Shown here piece by piece: positions 1-14,414 of a stretch of DNA of 64,000 nt (positions are counted from its first letter, which is position 1; every line of letters begins with the position of its first letter). The stretch comes from Eledone cirrhosa (taxonomy: Eukaryota). The DNA lies in the NCBI GenBank assembly GCA_964016885.1, contig OZ024742.1:360406001-360470000 (forward strand). Reading direction: 5' to 3'. The translations under genes were made by a program, and so were the position numbers. Under the pieces are notes generated by a model, which searched no databases, was not told where the DNA came from, and worked only from the letters and a program-made list of their open reading frames with translations.

Positions 1-319
1 CATGAGCGATCAAGATACAGACACGTCCAGCGTGAGTGGGATGTAAGCAAGAAGAGACCCACTGTTAGCCAAACGGGAGGAGGTGAGAAGGGGAGAAACC
101 GAGAGTCAGTGAGTGGAAGTGCGAGGAAGCGGTCAGTCGAGAGAAAGTGTAACTGACAGAGGGGGCGAAGAAGGTGAGAGCAACAGAGAGAACGGGGGAG
201 CAGTAAGAGAGAAACAGACAAACGCAGCCGAGGTGAATATATATAAAAAACATGAGAAGAAAGAAGAATACTGCGTGGTTGCACATAGGTTACATATGAT
301 AAAAATAGTCCTTCGTCAG

Positions 320-515
320 GAACGAGTAGGACCCCGACGGCTGAGCTCAAGCCGTTTCGACGGCTAATTCTGGACTAAAATCCAGAATTAGCCGTCGAAA
401 CGTCTTGAGCTCAGCCGTCGGGGTCCTACTCGTTCCTATTACCCACTTTACTACCCTAAGTATTGAGTACTTTGGTGCGTTATGGCCCATCTGGTTCCGT
501 ACCACATTTCCTTCT
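320..515. mobile_element. Short fold-back insertion derived from the 3' tail of the PLE family at 32906-34636
   Basis: Palindrome ~320-433 (gaccccgacggctgagctc...gagctcagccgtcggggtc) plus a tail ending at (TA)n; it matches 34575-34636. Related copies lie at 11703-11908, 32132-32330, 49557-49742 and 51181-51375. Confidence 0.8.
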
Positions 516-546
516 TTATATATATATAATTCTTTAAAATGTACAT

Positions 547-617
<71 letters not shown>

Positions 618-1493
618 AAGTGTGTGTAATCCTTGGAACAGTTAGGTATATTAAGACAGGGGGGAAGAAAAAATGGCTTCACTTGTGCTTTCAACAAATT
701 TATTTTCTTCACAAAATCCAAAAAGAATTTTTTTCCCGGATTAGAAAAAAAATTTTTTTCTTAAAAAAAATTATTTTATAAATTAAGTTAGGTCTTAGGA
801 GTTCTTGGTTAACGTAGGAGGTATTGTTTCGTTTTTAGAACGACCTTTCAAGCTGAGGTGCGCTTGTCAAACTGATGTGTATGTGGTGTGTTGTTCTATA
901 TATAGGGATTTAACATGTCTGTGGTGTGGTGGGGTTTTTTTTCTCCCCCTTTTAATAAGTGTATGGGTGTAGGTGTGTTGAAAAAGTGTTAATAGCAGTA
1001 ATGAGTTGAGACGGTGAGTAGGGTTGGGTGGGGAGAAATGTAGCAAGTGCGGCCTGCCCCGGTCATTCTCGAAAAATTCCTTTATTCAGGGGATTCCTTT
1101 GTGTTGAGAATGGTCACAGGCAAATCGCACCTGCCAAGTTTGTAAACAATTATTTTTTTCCTGAAGAATTTTTCTACGTCCATCCCAAAATTAGTCCTTT
1201 GTTCAACACACACATATGTGAGTATATACGTACATACACACACGGGCATATGTAGGAATATATAGGCACACACCCATGTACATATACATCCACATACATA
1301 CACAAAAACATATAAAGACATATATAAAAACACATATACACATACGTACACACACAAATATGAATTCATACCTCCACATGGGTATATATATATATACATA
1401 CATACATATACATACATATACACACATAAAGATACATAACTAAATATATATATATACCCATACACCCACACACACACACACACACACACACGT

Positions 1494-2210
<717 letters not shown>

Positions 2211-2317
2211 AATATATATATGTATATATATACATACACATATACATACATATATGTACACATAAACACATACAGACACATACACACATATACATACATA
2301 AACCATATACATATATC

Positions 2318-2376
<59 letters not shown>

Positions 2377-2444
2377 GTACATACACATACACATACACAT
2401 ACAAGTACATACATACACACATACATATATACACATACATATAC

Positions 2445-2477
<33 letters not shown>

Positions 2478-2510
2478 CATATATATACACATACATACAC
2501 ACACATACAT

Positions 2511-2586
<76 letters not shown>

Positions 2587-2612
2587 ACACACAAGCACAT
2601 AAAGACACATAT

Positions 2613-2661
<49 letters not shown>

Positions 2662-2896
2662 TATACATACATCTACATACATACCTACATATACACATAC
2701 AGAAACATACACATATGTACACACATATATACATATATGCACATACATACACACACACACATATATATAGATACATACATATACATACACACACATATAA
2801 ACATATATCTATACATATATATATATATACATATATATATATACACAAACATACACATACATACATACATATATATATACATATATATACACACAT

Positions 2897-2947
<51 letters not shown>

Positions 2948-3149
2948 TACAAACATACTCACATCCATACATATATTATACACTCACACATACACACACC
3001 CACATACATATATACCCACACGTACATACATCCATACATGCCTACACACATATATGTGTGTGTCTCACCGTTCACTCAGATATTCATGTGTACACATAAG
3101 AAGAGGGGGCGGGGGGTAGTGAAATGGAATTTTACCTCCGAGTGTTAAT

Positions 3150-3649
3150 TCATTTTTTCGTGTTCAGTAGTGGTTTAAATTTTTCAATGAAGAATTCTTC
3201 TTTATATCTGCGGAAATGTTCGTTATCCGACCATATCTTGAAGAAAGGGAAGATTGTGAATTTTCCCTTCCCGCATGATGCAAAGTGTGCGCTACATGTG
3301 GTATTTCTGACTGTGGGGTCTTTAATTTGTTGTTTATGTACCCGGACTCTATCATGTAATCCCGTTCCGGTGTCCCCAATGTAATACTCTTTACACTGTG
3401 GACATGTTGCGCAATATATTAGGTTTTTCGTTTTGCAGTTCATGTTGTGAGTGATGACAAAAGAGATAGCAGGGTTTTCTTTTTTATGTTGTGGGTTTGG
3501 TTTTCTCGGTGTTGTTATTGGGATGTACTTAGCCTTGGAGATGGCTGCGTTGATGAGTTTCATCGGGTATTCTTGTTTTTTATGGAATTTTTTCAGGTCA
3601 CACAATCTTTTTTCTTGTAGTACGGGGTGTGTTGCTATAGTGCAGATGC
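3150..3649 (-). pseudogene. Inverted, internally deleted copy of the PLE thumb/GIY-YIG region
   Basis: ORF 3150-3605 matches 3931-4638 but lacks the segment equivalent to ~4062-4344. Confidence 0.85.
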
Positions 3650-3677
3650 CAAACAGACCTACAAAAATGTTATTCGA

Positions 3678-4638
3678 TCTTAAACAGGCTTCATGAAGCT
3701 ATACAATTCACTATGGAATGTAACGAAAAGGAACTGCCCTTTCTAGATATCCTCATCATTAAAGAAGGGGAAAATATCATAACGGACCTATTTTGTAAAC
3801 CCACTGACACACACCAATACTTAAATTTCCGGTCAGCACACCCCTCACATACGAAAAGGAACATTCCCTTCAACATGGCAAGGCGCATCTGCACTATAGC
3901 AACACACCCCGTACTACAAGAAAAAAGATTATGTGACCTGAAAAAATTCCTTAAAAAACAAGAATACCCGATGAAACTCATCAACGCAGCCATCTCCAAG
4001 GCTAAGAACAACCCACAACATAAAAAAGAAAACCCTGCTATCTCTTTTGTCATCACTCACAACCCAGGGAACATCAGCATTGTGAAAACTGCTAAGCAGT
4101 ATCTCCCGATTCTACAGCAATCTACCAAAAGGAATGCACTCTTAAAAAACACACAGATGATTTATAGCAGACGCCAAGCACCCAACCTTCAAAAACTAAT
4201 TACCAAGGCAAAATTTACGACCAACATGGAATCAATGCAAGTGACGAAATGCGGGGACCCTAGATGTGGAACCTGTGAACTCATCGAAGAGGGCAAACAA
4301 CAGTTGTCCTCAAAAACCATGATAATTTCAAGATCAATGCAAACATGAACTGCAAAACGAAAAACCTAATATATTGCGCAACATGTCCACAGTGTAAAGA
4401 GTATTACATTGGGGAAACCGGAACGGGACTACATGATAGAGTCCGGGTACATAAACAACAAAGTAAAGACCCCACAGTCAGAAATACCACATGTAGCGCA
4501 CACTTTGCATCATGCGGAAAGGGAAAATTCACAATCTTCCCTTTCTTCAAGACATGGTCGGATAACGAACATTTCCGCAGATATAAAGAAGAATTCTTCA
4601 TTGAAAAATTTAAACCACTACTGAACACGAAAAATGAA
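3678..4638 (+). pseudogene. PLE reverse transcriptase C-terminus/thumb plus GIY-YIG endonuclease, frameshifted
   Basis: LNRLHEAIQFTME..LPFLD, KPTDTHQYLNFRSAHP, Cys linker CGDPRCGTC, NLIYCATCPQCKEYYIGET, RVRVH, EEFFIEKFKPLLN (ORFs 3713-4348 and 4345-4671). Confidence 0.9.
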
Positions 4639-5165
4639 TTAACACTCGGAGGTAAAATTCCATTTCACTAACCCCCCCGCCCCCTCTTCTTATGTATACA
4701 CATGAATATCTGAGTGAACGGTGAGACACACACATATATGTGTGTAGGTATGTATGGATGTATGTACGTGTGGGTATATATGTATGTGGGTGTGTGTATG
4801 TGTGTGTGTATATATATGTATGGATGTGAATATGTTTGTATGTGTGTGTGTATATATATATATATATATGTGTGTGTATGTGTGTATATATATGTATATA
4901 TATATATGTATGTATGTGTATGTTTGTGTATATATATATATGTATATATGTATATATATATATATATGTATAGATATATGTTTATATGTGTGTGTATGTA
5001 TATGTATGTATCTATATATATGTGTGTGTGTGTATGTATGTGCATATATGTATATATGTGTGTACATATGTGTATGTTTCTGTATGTGTATATGTAGGTA
5101 TGTATGTAGATGTATGTATATATATATATATATATGTGTATATGTGTCTTTATGTGCTTGTGTGT

Positions 5166-5199
<34 letters not shown>

Positions 5200-5807
5200 G
5201 TCAGGTCACCAGTTGGTGCTACTGGTAACATGTATCCCAGTACAACCTGTCCCATGGTCGGGTCGTTGGCGACTAAACTGGCAACCCCACCAAGGTTTCT
5301 TGGTGAGGAGGGTGACTTTGGACATCCTGCAGGACTAAAAACAAAACCTGTCAAAGGGCAAAGGAGCTCTTAAGAGTCAATGGCCATCCAAAATCACCGG
5401 GAGAGATGACCCCTTAGCCTTTGTCAAGGCAGAATTCTAGGAGAAGGAAAACTCTGATATAACACCTGCAACCGTGATGGTATCCAATGATGTTGACTTG
5501 TTCTTCTTTTTGGTAAATATCATCTTGGTTAAGAGAGTGGGACTGGCTTTGTGCAGTGCCTTTGCTCACTATAAAAGCTTCACGGCACAGGCATTGCTTT
5601 ATATCTGGAGATCTCTCTGCACTTGTCGTCACATGGTACCATGGGCCCAGCACTATGTGTCAGTAATTGTCACAAGTGTAGTGTTTGTACCAGAGTTTTC
5701 AAGTCGCTGGCTGGACTAAAAAGTCACACTCGTTCAGCGCATCGGTAGGGGTTCTCCTACATGGATATAAAGTAGTGGCCGTACTCGAAAACGAGTTGGC
5801 AGCCACC

Positions 5808-5847
<40 letters not shown>

Positions 5848-5880
5848 ATGTATGTGTGTGTATGTATGTGTATATATATG

Positions 5881-5913
<33 letters not shown>

Positions 5914-5982
5914 GTATGTATGTATATGTATGTGTATATATGTATGTGTGTATGTATGTACTTGTATGTGTATGTGTATGTG

Positions 5983-6057
<75 letters not shown>

Positions 6058-7210
6058 GTGTATATATATATAGATATATGTATATGTGTTTATGTATGTA
6101 TATGTGTGTATGTGTCTGTATGTGTTTATGTGTACATATATGTATGTATATGTGTATGTATATACATATATATATAGATATATGTATGTGTGTGTGTGTA
6201 TGCCTCTCTCTCTATATATATATGTATATATATGTATGTGTGTATGTGTGTGTGTGTGTATGCATGTATGTGTGAACGGAGGTATATATACGGACATATG
6301 TATATGTGTGTGTGTGTGTGTGTGTGTACACGTGTGTGTGTGTGTGTAGGTGTGCGTGTATGGGTATATATGTATATTTAGTTATGTATCTTTATGTGTG
6401 TATATGTATGTATATGTATGTATGTGTATATATATATATACTCATGTGGAGGTATGAATACATATTCGTGTGTGTACGTATGTGTATATGTGTTTTTATA
6501 TGTGTCTTTATATGTTTTTGTGTATGTATGTGGATGTATATGTACATGGGTGTGTGCCTATATATTCCTACATATGCCCGTGTGTGTATGTACGTATATA
6601 CGCACATATGTGTGTGTTGAACAAAGGACTAATTTTGGGATGTACGTAGAAAAATTCTTCAGAAAAATTAATTGTTTACAAACTTGGCAGGTGCGATTTG
6701 CCTGTGACCATTCTCAACACAAAGGAATCCCCTGAATAAAGGAATTTTTCGAGAATGACCGGGGCAGGCCGCACTTGCTACATTTCTCCCCACCCAACCC
6801 TACTCACCGTCTCAACTCATTACTGCTATTAACACTTTTTCAACACACCTACACCCATACACTTATTAAAAGGGGGAGAAAAAAAACCCCACCACACCAC
6901 AGACATGTTAAATCCCTATATATAGAACAACACACCATATACACATCAGTTTGACAAGCGCACCTCAGCTTGAAAGGTCGTTCTAAAAACGAAACAATAC
7001 CTCCTACGTTAACCAAGAACTCCTAAGACCTAACTTAGTTTATAAAATAATTTTTTTTAAGAAAAAAATTTTTTCTCTAATCCGGGAAAAAAATTCCTTT
7101 TGGATTTTGTGAAGAAAATAAATTTGTTGAAAGCACAAGTGAAGCCATTTTTTCTCCCCCCCCCCTGTCTTAATATATATATATATATATGTATGTATGT
7201 GTGTGTGTTT

Positions 7211-7370
7211 ATTAAAATAACAGATTAAAGTTTAAGCAAAGAATCGCTGCTTTCACCCTTAACGGGATCTTCTGTTATTTTAATAAATATTTACTCTACG
7301 GTTTTTATATATTTGATATGTATTTATCCTTATCGAGCCCTCTTTGGATTTTAGTCTTTACATTTATTAT
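7211..7370. mobile_element. Short fold-back/rearranged element carrying most of an HHR (family also at 9778-9920 and 42975-43185)
   Basis: Shared ttaagcaaagaatcgctgctttcac segment. At 43031-43075 it reads CAGAAGA-U-CCC-GUUAA-GGG-U-GAAA-GCA...UGC-UU. Confidence 0.6.
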
Positions 7371-7376
7371 TACTAT

Positions 7377-7485
7377 TCAAATCCCGTCGAGGTTAACTTT
7401 GCCTTTCATCCTTACGGGGTCGATAAAATAAAGTACCAGTAATGCACTGCGATAATTGCTGGCCTCGTGCTAAAAGCAGAAACAA
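7377..7485 (+). mobile_element. Partial tRNA-derived SINE family A
   Basis: ttcaaatcccgtcgaggttaactttgcctttcatccttacggggtcgataaaataaagtacc, same family as 16805-16982. Confidence 0.75.
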
Positions 7486-7744
7486 TTATTACTATATATA
7501 TATATATATATTGTATGTACATTTTAAAGAATTACAGGCGGATATGTATATATATATATATATACATCCATAAGTGGTTGACGGCAGAGAGAAAAGAGTA
7601 CTCAATACCGAAGTCAAGTTTAAATATTAAAGTTAAACAGTGAGTCTTGTTTCGCTGGAATAACAAAACTCACTGTTTAGTCTTAATAAAGTGAATATAT
7701 ATGTGTGTATGTGTGTACGCGGATGTGTCTATTTCTATATTTTC

Positions 7745-7809
<65 letters not shown>

Positions 7810-8109
7810 GCTTCGGGTAGATTTGAATCGTAACAGAAATAATCATAAAATAAAGAAAGACAAAGGGGAATCACAAGAACCCACACATCCCAGACTGGGG
7901 CTGTACAGTCAGTCAGTCACCCCCCCCCCCTCCCCACACACATACACACATTTCCTTTTCTTTTTCTTCCTTTGTTTTCTTATGCTCCATTCTTCCGACC
8001 AAGGAACCATTGTTGTAAATACTGATATTTCAAAAGAACTCAAGCTGAGACGTTGAACTCAACTTAAAGTGGTTAGCTGCTCCTACACCAAAACTAAACC
8101 CTGCCGCAG

Positions 8110-8200
8110 GTGTGAGCCTCGCCAGCTGGAATGGCTTTTCCAGCGCGTCTCCCTTGTCGTCCTCCGGGTAAACGCCTTCTCTATTCTGTCCGCCAGGTCT
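8110..8200 (+). pseudogene. C-terminal fragment of a CRE-like (restriction-like endonuclease) non-LTR retrotransposon
   Basis: Translates EPRQLEWLFQRVSLVVLRVNAFSILSA, resembling the QRxSxxxxRGNA terminal motif of CRE-clade ORFs. Confidence 0.55.
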
Positions 8201-8429
8201 GTGGGGAGGCCATCCATATGATTGACTGACTTGTCATTTTATCATGTACTTTTTATATATCTATATCTGTCCAACACCATATGATGAAAGCAGGTAGCCA
8301 GCTACATCAGGCCAACATCACTAACAATCTGCCTACGCATCTGTCTATCTTCGGACAATAAAACAGCATCTATCTCTCAATCCATCCACCTACATATCTG
8401 TCTTTCTATCTGTCTGTTTAACTATCTGT

Positions 8430-9105
8430 AGATATCTATTCTGGTAGCTAAAATAGAAGAGGCACTTAGGAATGGCAGTACAGCTGACGTGCTAGCGGCG
8501 AGAACGGCACTAGACCAGTTCTTCAACGTGAAACACGAAGATTGTATTGTCAGAAGTAGAACGCGTGCTCTAAGAAACGAGGGAGTCAAAGCTGTTAGCT
8601 GGGCCCGAGTGGCAGAGGCGAAAAGTGGCAACAAATCCACAATTCGGTCTTTGCAAGACAAATATGGACGCATTATACTTGAATCCAAGCAAATGTGCAC
8701 GGCCTTCCAGCAGCATTTTGCACAACTGTTCGGGCAAAGCGGTACATCGAGCGAGGTGATGAACTTCAATTCTTACCTCGATGGCGTACCACGACTCTCA
8801 AGCACGGATGCGGAGAGCTGCGAAAGGCCGATTTCGGCCGCTGAGATAGGGGACGCGCTGAGCCAATGCGGCAAACGCAAATCTCCAGGTCTCGACGGTC
8901 TACTCTACGAATTTTACGTAGCAATGCCCGACTTGTTCTCCGGTCTCTTGGAAGCGGTCTACTGCAACTGGCAGCAGAAAGGGAGAATTCCCAGTTCTGT
9001 GACCGAAGGCGTAGTCACACTAGTCAGGAAGGACGAGAATAAGGGGGATGACATAGGCAACTTCCGGCCCATAACTCTGCTAAACACAGAGTTACAGATT
9101 TCGGC
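8430..9105 (+). pseudogene. Tx1/L1-like LINE ORF2 fragment (pre-RT and RT start)
   Basis: ORF 8489-9109: VRSR, KSPGLDGLLYEFY, GVVTLVRK, NFRPITLLNT. Truncated by the next element. Confidence 0.85.
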
Positions 9106-9706
9106 TTAATACGGGATGTTTGTTTACAAACACACCGAGCATTATAATAAATGTTCGGTGAATACATACGTACATATATATATGTGTGCATGTATGTATA
9201 TATATATACATACTACTGTACGTCTGTATACATATATGTATGTACGTGTACATACTTATATTTAAGTAACAGCTGTACTAAGAGTGGGAAATGAAATTTC
9301 GTTTCATTTTTTCCGTTTATCGTTTTCGGTGCACCCGGCCGATTAACCCACTCGATATGCAAATTGGGCTACTCAGCATTTAATATGCATAAGGTAAGTA
9401 TATACGTTCAACAATCTGGCAGGAAGATATACGTTGCTGACGATAGCTAATAAGCTTGAAACTAGTACAGCGTTCCTTTGTCAGTGTTGAACTAACGAGC
9501 AACGATGGTTGCTGGACACTACGGCTTAATACGTGTTAATAAATGTTCGGTGAATCCATACGTACATATATATATGTGTGCATGTATGTATATATAAATA
9601 CATACTACTGTACGTCTGTATGCATATATGTATGTACGTGTACATACATATATTTAAGTAACAGCCGTACTAAGAGTGGGAAATGAAATTTCGTTTCATT
9701 TTTTCC

Positions 9707-9710
<4 letters not shown>
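9100..9710 (+). mobile_element. Retrozyme-like tandem element (about 1.5 units), relative of 43199-44820
   Basis: cggcttaatacg recurs at ~9102 and ~9522. It contains the HHR at 9432-9472 and ends in (TA)n. Confidence 0.75.
9432..9472 (+). ncRNA. Type I hammerhead ribozyme
   Basis: CGUUG-CUGACGA-U-AGCU-AAUA-AGCU-U-GAAA-CUAG-UA-CAGCG; palindromic helix III ACUAGU; GUA cleavage triplet. Confidence 0.85.
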
Positions 9711-9783
<73 letters not shown>

Positions 9784-9976
9784 TAACAGATTAAAGTTTA
9801 AGCAAAGAATCGCTGCTTTCACCCTTAACTGGATCTTCCTCTAGGGTTCTTATATGTTTGATATATATTTATCCTTATCAAGCCCTCTTTGGATTTTCGT
9901 CTTCACATTTATTATTATTACTAAATATATATAAGATCGGAGGCCATATTCATTTGATTCAGGTATATTTAAAACT

Positions 9977-10034
9977 CTGTTATACATATTTCTCTGAGGA
10001 CTATCAGTTAAGATAGCCTGAGCTCTTCAGACGG
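9977..10034 (-). ncRNA. Type I hammerhead ribozyme (slightly degenerate helix I)
   Basis: Minus strand CCGU-CUGAAGA-G-CUCAGGCUAUC-UUAACU-GAUAGUCCUCAG-A-GAAA-UAUGUA-UA-ACAG. Confidence 0.65.
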
Positions 10035-10718
10035 CAAAACCTAAAATAAACATTGAAAGTTCCTAAGAACCCTATAAATTTGGAAAAATACAGTAATTTC
10101 CCCGAAAAATATTTTCTTTTCATGATACAGGGGCCCGGCTGAACTCGTGGTGCGGTTTCTTCGACACACACATATATATTATATATATTATAAAGAATCG
10201 GGGCTCCGACGGCTGAGCTCTTGCCGTTTCAACAGGTAGTTGCACTCTGGAACTACCTGTTGAGGCAGCAAGGGTTCACCTGTCGGTGTCCCGACACTTT
10301 ATGATGTAACCATACTCTACTAAACCAAATATCGAGAGTACTCTAGTGAGTAATGATATAACCAGTTTTAAACTGAATCCATACTAAAAATCGGATCGAG
10401 TCGAGTCCATAACTCCTATGGGTGACCTTGAAACAATCTGCTGCGAAACGCCCGTAACAGGTTGATAGAGAATAAATATTATATACATGTAAAGGAAACT
10501 TCCTCGTTTTTGACTAATATAGAGTGGACAATGGCTTAGACAAGGGAGAGAAGACAATAAGGAATGTTGTCCAACATGTGGATAAAGAAGGAAGACACTG
10601 AGGTGTAGAGAAGGTAAAAAGGGAGACCCCAGCTGATCGATATTGAAACAATTGGAATATGCAAATAAATTTTCTACACGTGCCGCAAATCTGACTTCAA
10701 TTATCTTCAAATTATGCA

Positions 10719-10987
10719 AAAGTCAGCTCAAAAGTGACACAGAGGAGACTGAGGTTAGCTGGAGATGCTCACCGGCATCCAGAGTTGACATTGCACTCAG
10801 TGCTCCTGTTGGCGCCCCTACATGGACACACTGGAATAGGAAGAGCAAGGTTAACGTATGTTGATGCCTTAAGGACAGACACTGGTCTGTTGGAGACGCA
10901 GGACATAGCAGCGATAATGAGGGACAGAGACCGCTGGAGAGAACTCGTCCATGGATCTCGGGAATTTTACCCGCCCTAGATAGATAG

Positions 10988-10990
<3 letters not shown>
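10719..10990 (+). mobile_element. 3' end of an RTE-type LINE with (TAGA)n tail
   Basis: TQRRLRLAG..DTGLLETQD..RDRDRWRELVHGSREFYPP, near-identical to the C-terminus at 54257-54520. Confidence 0.85.
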
Positions 10991-11019
<29 letters not shown>

Positions 11020-11139
11020 ATGTATCTATATGTGTGTCTGTGTGTAGGTGTCAGTGTTTATATGTGTGTTCAATCATATAGGCATAGCTATGAGTAATTG
11101 TTTCTCTTATATCTAGTTACAGTCATTATTCACTGCACT

Positions 11140-11260
11140 CTCCCCCACTCCCCCATCTCCCCCACTCTCCCCACTCTCCCCCACTCTCCCCCACTCTCCC
11201 CCACTCTCCCCCACTCTCCTCCACTCTCCCCCACTCTCCTCCACTCTCCTCCACTCTCCA
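11140..11260. repeat. 10-bp tandem repeat (ccactctccc)n
   Basis: Direct observation. Confidence 0.85.
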
Positions 11261-11395
11261 ACATACAAATATAAATACATAAATCACACATAATATTCTT
11301 ATGTAAACAAAATAAATCTTATTTCGTGTGTTGTAGGTAGATATCACAACACAGCTTCACCCACTCCACCAGCACACACACTCTGAAACTCATAT

Positions 11396-11435
<40 letters not shown>

Positions 11436-11526
11436 ACACCCACACACACACACATACAAACATATATATATATATAAATACATATATGCATACATATATA
11501 TATGTATATATATATAGACATATATG

Positions 11527-11601
<75 letters not shown>

Positions 11602-11635
11602 TATATGGATACATATATATATATATATATGTGTG

Positions 11636-11704
<69 letters not shown>

Positions 11705-11974
11705 CAAAGGAATTGTAGTAAGGAACCAGATGGACCATAACGCACCAGAGTACTCAATACTTAGGGTAGTAGAGTGGGAAATAGGAAAAAGTATGACCCC
11801 GACGGCAGAGCTCAAGCCATTTCGACGGCTATTTCTGGACTATTTCTTTTAGTCCAGAAATAGCCGTCGAAACGGCTTGAGCTCTGCCGGGGGGTCATAC
11901 TTTTTCCTATATATATATATATATTGTTACGTAAGTTAAATGACCAAAACAGAACAATGTCAATACATTCTTAC

Positions 11975-12037
<63 letters not shown>

Positions 12038-12127
12038 TGTATATCCGAAAATAACCGGAAGTGGTACCATAGTGCCAGGGTGTGGTTACTACTACTACTA
12101 CTACTACTGCTACTACTACTACTGCTG

Positions 12128-12186
<59 letters not shown>

Positions 12187-12400
12187 GCTGCTGCTGCTAC
12201 TACTACTGTTACCAGCATCACCTTGAAGAAGAAGAAGAAGAAGAAGAAGAAGAAGAAGAAGAAGAAGAAGAAGAATGATTATGATTGTTGATGAATATGG
12301 CAATGATGATGATTATGATGATGGTGATGATGATGATGATGATGATATTGACGATGGTGATGATGGTGATGATTGCAATGATGATGATGATGATGATGAT
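11975..12400. repeat. Cluster of trinucleotide microsatellites (TAA, CTA, GAA, GAT)
   Basis: Direct observation. Confidence 0.9.
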
Positions 12401-12660
12401 GCTAGGCGTGGTCATTGTTAGGACAACAATGTTTACAAGAAGTAGAATCTGGGCCAGAAGATGCCAGACTACCAACCCTGTGACACATACAACATAGTTT
12501 CCCACCAATGAAAACCCAAATAAGTCCTCAAGTGTAAACTACACTAGAAACTTTACTGCTACAACAAAACATCTCCTACATTTCTGTGTTCAAATTCACT
12601 GGTCTCAAAAATGTGTTTTTCGTTCCTCCTGGGGTCGATGAAATATGAACTTCTAATATA

Positions 12661-13111
12661 CGAGGGTCAGCAGAAAGGTTCGTACGTTACTGTGAAAGAG
12701 TGATACTAGAGCTGTGAAATCGTGCATGTATTAATTTCAACTCTTCGTATTGTTTCTTTCTAGTGACTATGTTGAAACATAAACTTCATTTGGTCATTCC
12801 ATGAGAGTATCTTGGGTAATCTCTGAAGGAGTGATGCTAGAGCTGTGAAATCGTGCTTGTATTAATTTCAACTCTTCTTGTTGAAAAGTAAACCTCGTTT
12901 GGTCATTCCATGAGAATATCTTGGTTAGCCTATAAAGGAGTGATGCTAGAGCTGTGGAATCTTGCATACATTCATTTCAGCTCTTTTTATTAATAACTGC
13001 ATTGTTTCCTTCCTGGCACTATGTTGAAAAATAAACCTCATTAGGTTATTCCATGAGAGTATCTTGGTCAGATTATGAACTTTAAGCCTATGAATTTTTC
13101 AGCCGACTGCG
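12661..13111. mobile_element. Probable mariner-like MITE with internal degenerate ~110-130 bp repeats
   Basis: The left end TA-cgagggtcagcagaaaggttc loosely matches the reverse complement of the right end gaatttttcagccgactgcg-TA. There are three internal gagtgat(a/g)ctagagctgtg units. Confidence 0.5.
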
Positions 13112-13149
13112 TACAGTTTTTTTTTTTATTTCAGTTTATTTTTCTATTT

Positions 13150-13350
13150 GACCGAGCGGATGACAAAAGGTCAGATGACATCACAGTATTTCCGCTCCAT
13201 AGTGGTAAGCCTCTCATGTGGGACAGGCAGCAATAAGTTCTCCTTCAGAAACCTGGTGGTTTCAGTGACAGACGCAGGTTTCGTTGCCTGACAAGCTGAG
13301 GACTGCAAATTGGTGAAGTACCGGAGCTTTCCGATAGATTTGTCGTTGAA
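13150..13350 (+). pseudogene. Decayed CRE-like restriction-like endonuclease fragment
   Basis: Translates ADDKRSDDITVFPLHSGKPLMWD...DAGFVA*QAEDCKLVKY, resembling the DGKRPDG...GKxLxWD...AE..K..KY motif. Confidence 0.55.
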
Positions 13351-13353
13351 ACT

Positions 13354-13686
13354 AAGGTAAAGACCCCCTTCGGTCACGAATGACCATGGGATTTGTACCT
13401 AGAAAGTTCCCCTCCGAGTCACAAGTCCAGGTAAGGTTGTTTGTGGAAGAGCATCAGTCACCCATGTATACCAGTCTCCCCTCTCCACGCCACCGATGTT
13501 GTCCAAGGGAAAGGCAATGGCCAATACAGCTTGGCACCAGTGACGTCACAACTCATTTCTACAGCTGAGTGAACTGGAGCAACGTGAAATAAAGTGTCTT
13601 GTTCAAGAACACAACGCAAAACCCGGTTCTAGAATCGAACTCACAACCTCGTGATTGCAAGCCCGATACTCTAACCACTAAACCAT
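13354..13686 (-). mobile_element. tRNA-derived SINE family B
   Basis: Minus strand has A-box-like tggtttagtggttag, B-box-like gttcgattc, then gtgttcttgaacaagacac. Near-identical copy at 36452-36781; partial or related copies at ~20610-20792, 36130-36260, 44960-45160 and 48525-48697. Confidence 0.8.
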
Positions 13687-14035
13687 AAGAGAGGAAACTT
13701 CTGGCGTCCTGGCTCGGCGAACCACCTCCATACTTATAGCAATCAGGATGGAGTTGGCCATCCACCAAATGAGACTTGAGAGTTGGAATGGTTCTTTCAG
13801 TGCATTAGTCATACTATCCTGCAGAGAAAGGTCTTTGCAATTCTATCCACTGTGATCACGGGGTAACATCCTCTTAATATTCTGTAGTCGTCAGACACAA
13901 TAAACCATCAAAAGAATGTGACAACCTTTCTAACCGAATAACCACGTGTGTTTTTTCTCCTTTCTTTTCCTCATTTTTCACCGATCCTTCCTCTTCTCAT
14001 TTTTTCTTTCTATTTATCTTCTATTTCTAACTCTA

Positions 14036-14071
14036 TCTTCTGATGAAGGACTAGTGTCCGAAACATTAGGA
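14036..14071 (+). ncRNA. Minimal type I hammerhead ribozyme (probable CpG-decay mutation in helix III)
   Basis: UCUU-CUGAUGA-A-GGAC-UAGU-GUCC-GAAA-CA-UU-AGGA. Confidence 0.7.
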
Positions 14072-14187
14072 CCCTTTTCCAGCAATTTCAAGCGTTAAAC
14101 TAATATATTTCTTCACGTACTGTGTCGTTTCTTTTTTATTTCTGTTTACCTTTTATATACACATATATACATGTGTATGTGTGAATG

Positions 14188-14252
<65 letters not shown>

Positions 14253-14316
14253 CTGTGTGTGTGTGGTATGTGTGAGGTGAGTGTGTGTGTGTGTCTGATT
14301 GTCTGCGTGCGTATGT

Positions 14317-14411
<95 letters not shown>

Positions 14412-14414
<3 letters not shown>

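Noticed and set aside
1-293. Possible LTR end (...ataggttaca)
   Set aside because: Only a terminal motif; no partner LTR, PBS or coding sequence in the window.
5198-5295. Possible HDV-like ribozyme (GG-GUCG-UUGG-CGAC-UAA-ACUGG)
   Set aside because: P4 and P2 are plausible, but I could not assign P1, P3 and L3 convincingly by eye.
6951-6990. Possible U3-A8 hammerhead in the tail of the first PLE (UUGACAA..GAAA..CUA)
   Set aside because: Helix I and helix II are too weak to support a call.
13610-13686. tRNA-like A/B box sequences
   Set aside because: They are heads of multi-copy SINEs without a complete cloverleaf, not tRNA genes.
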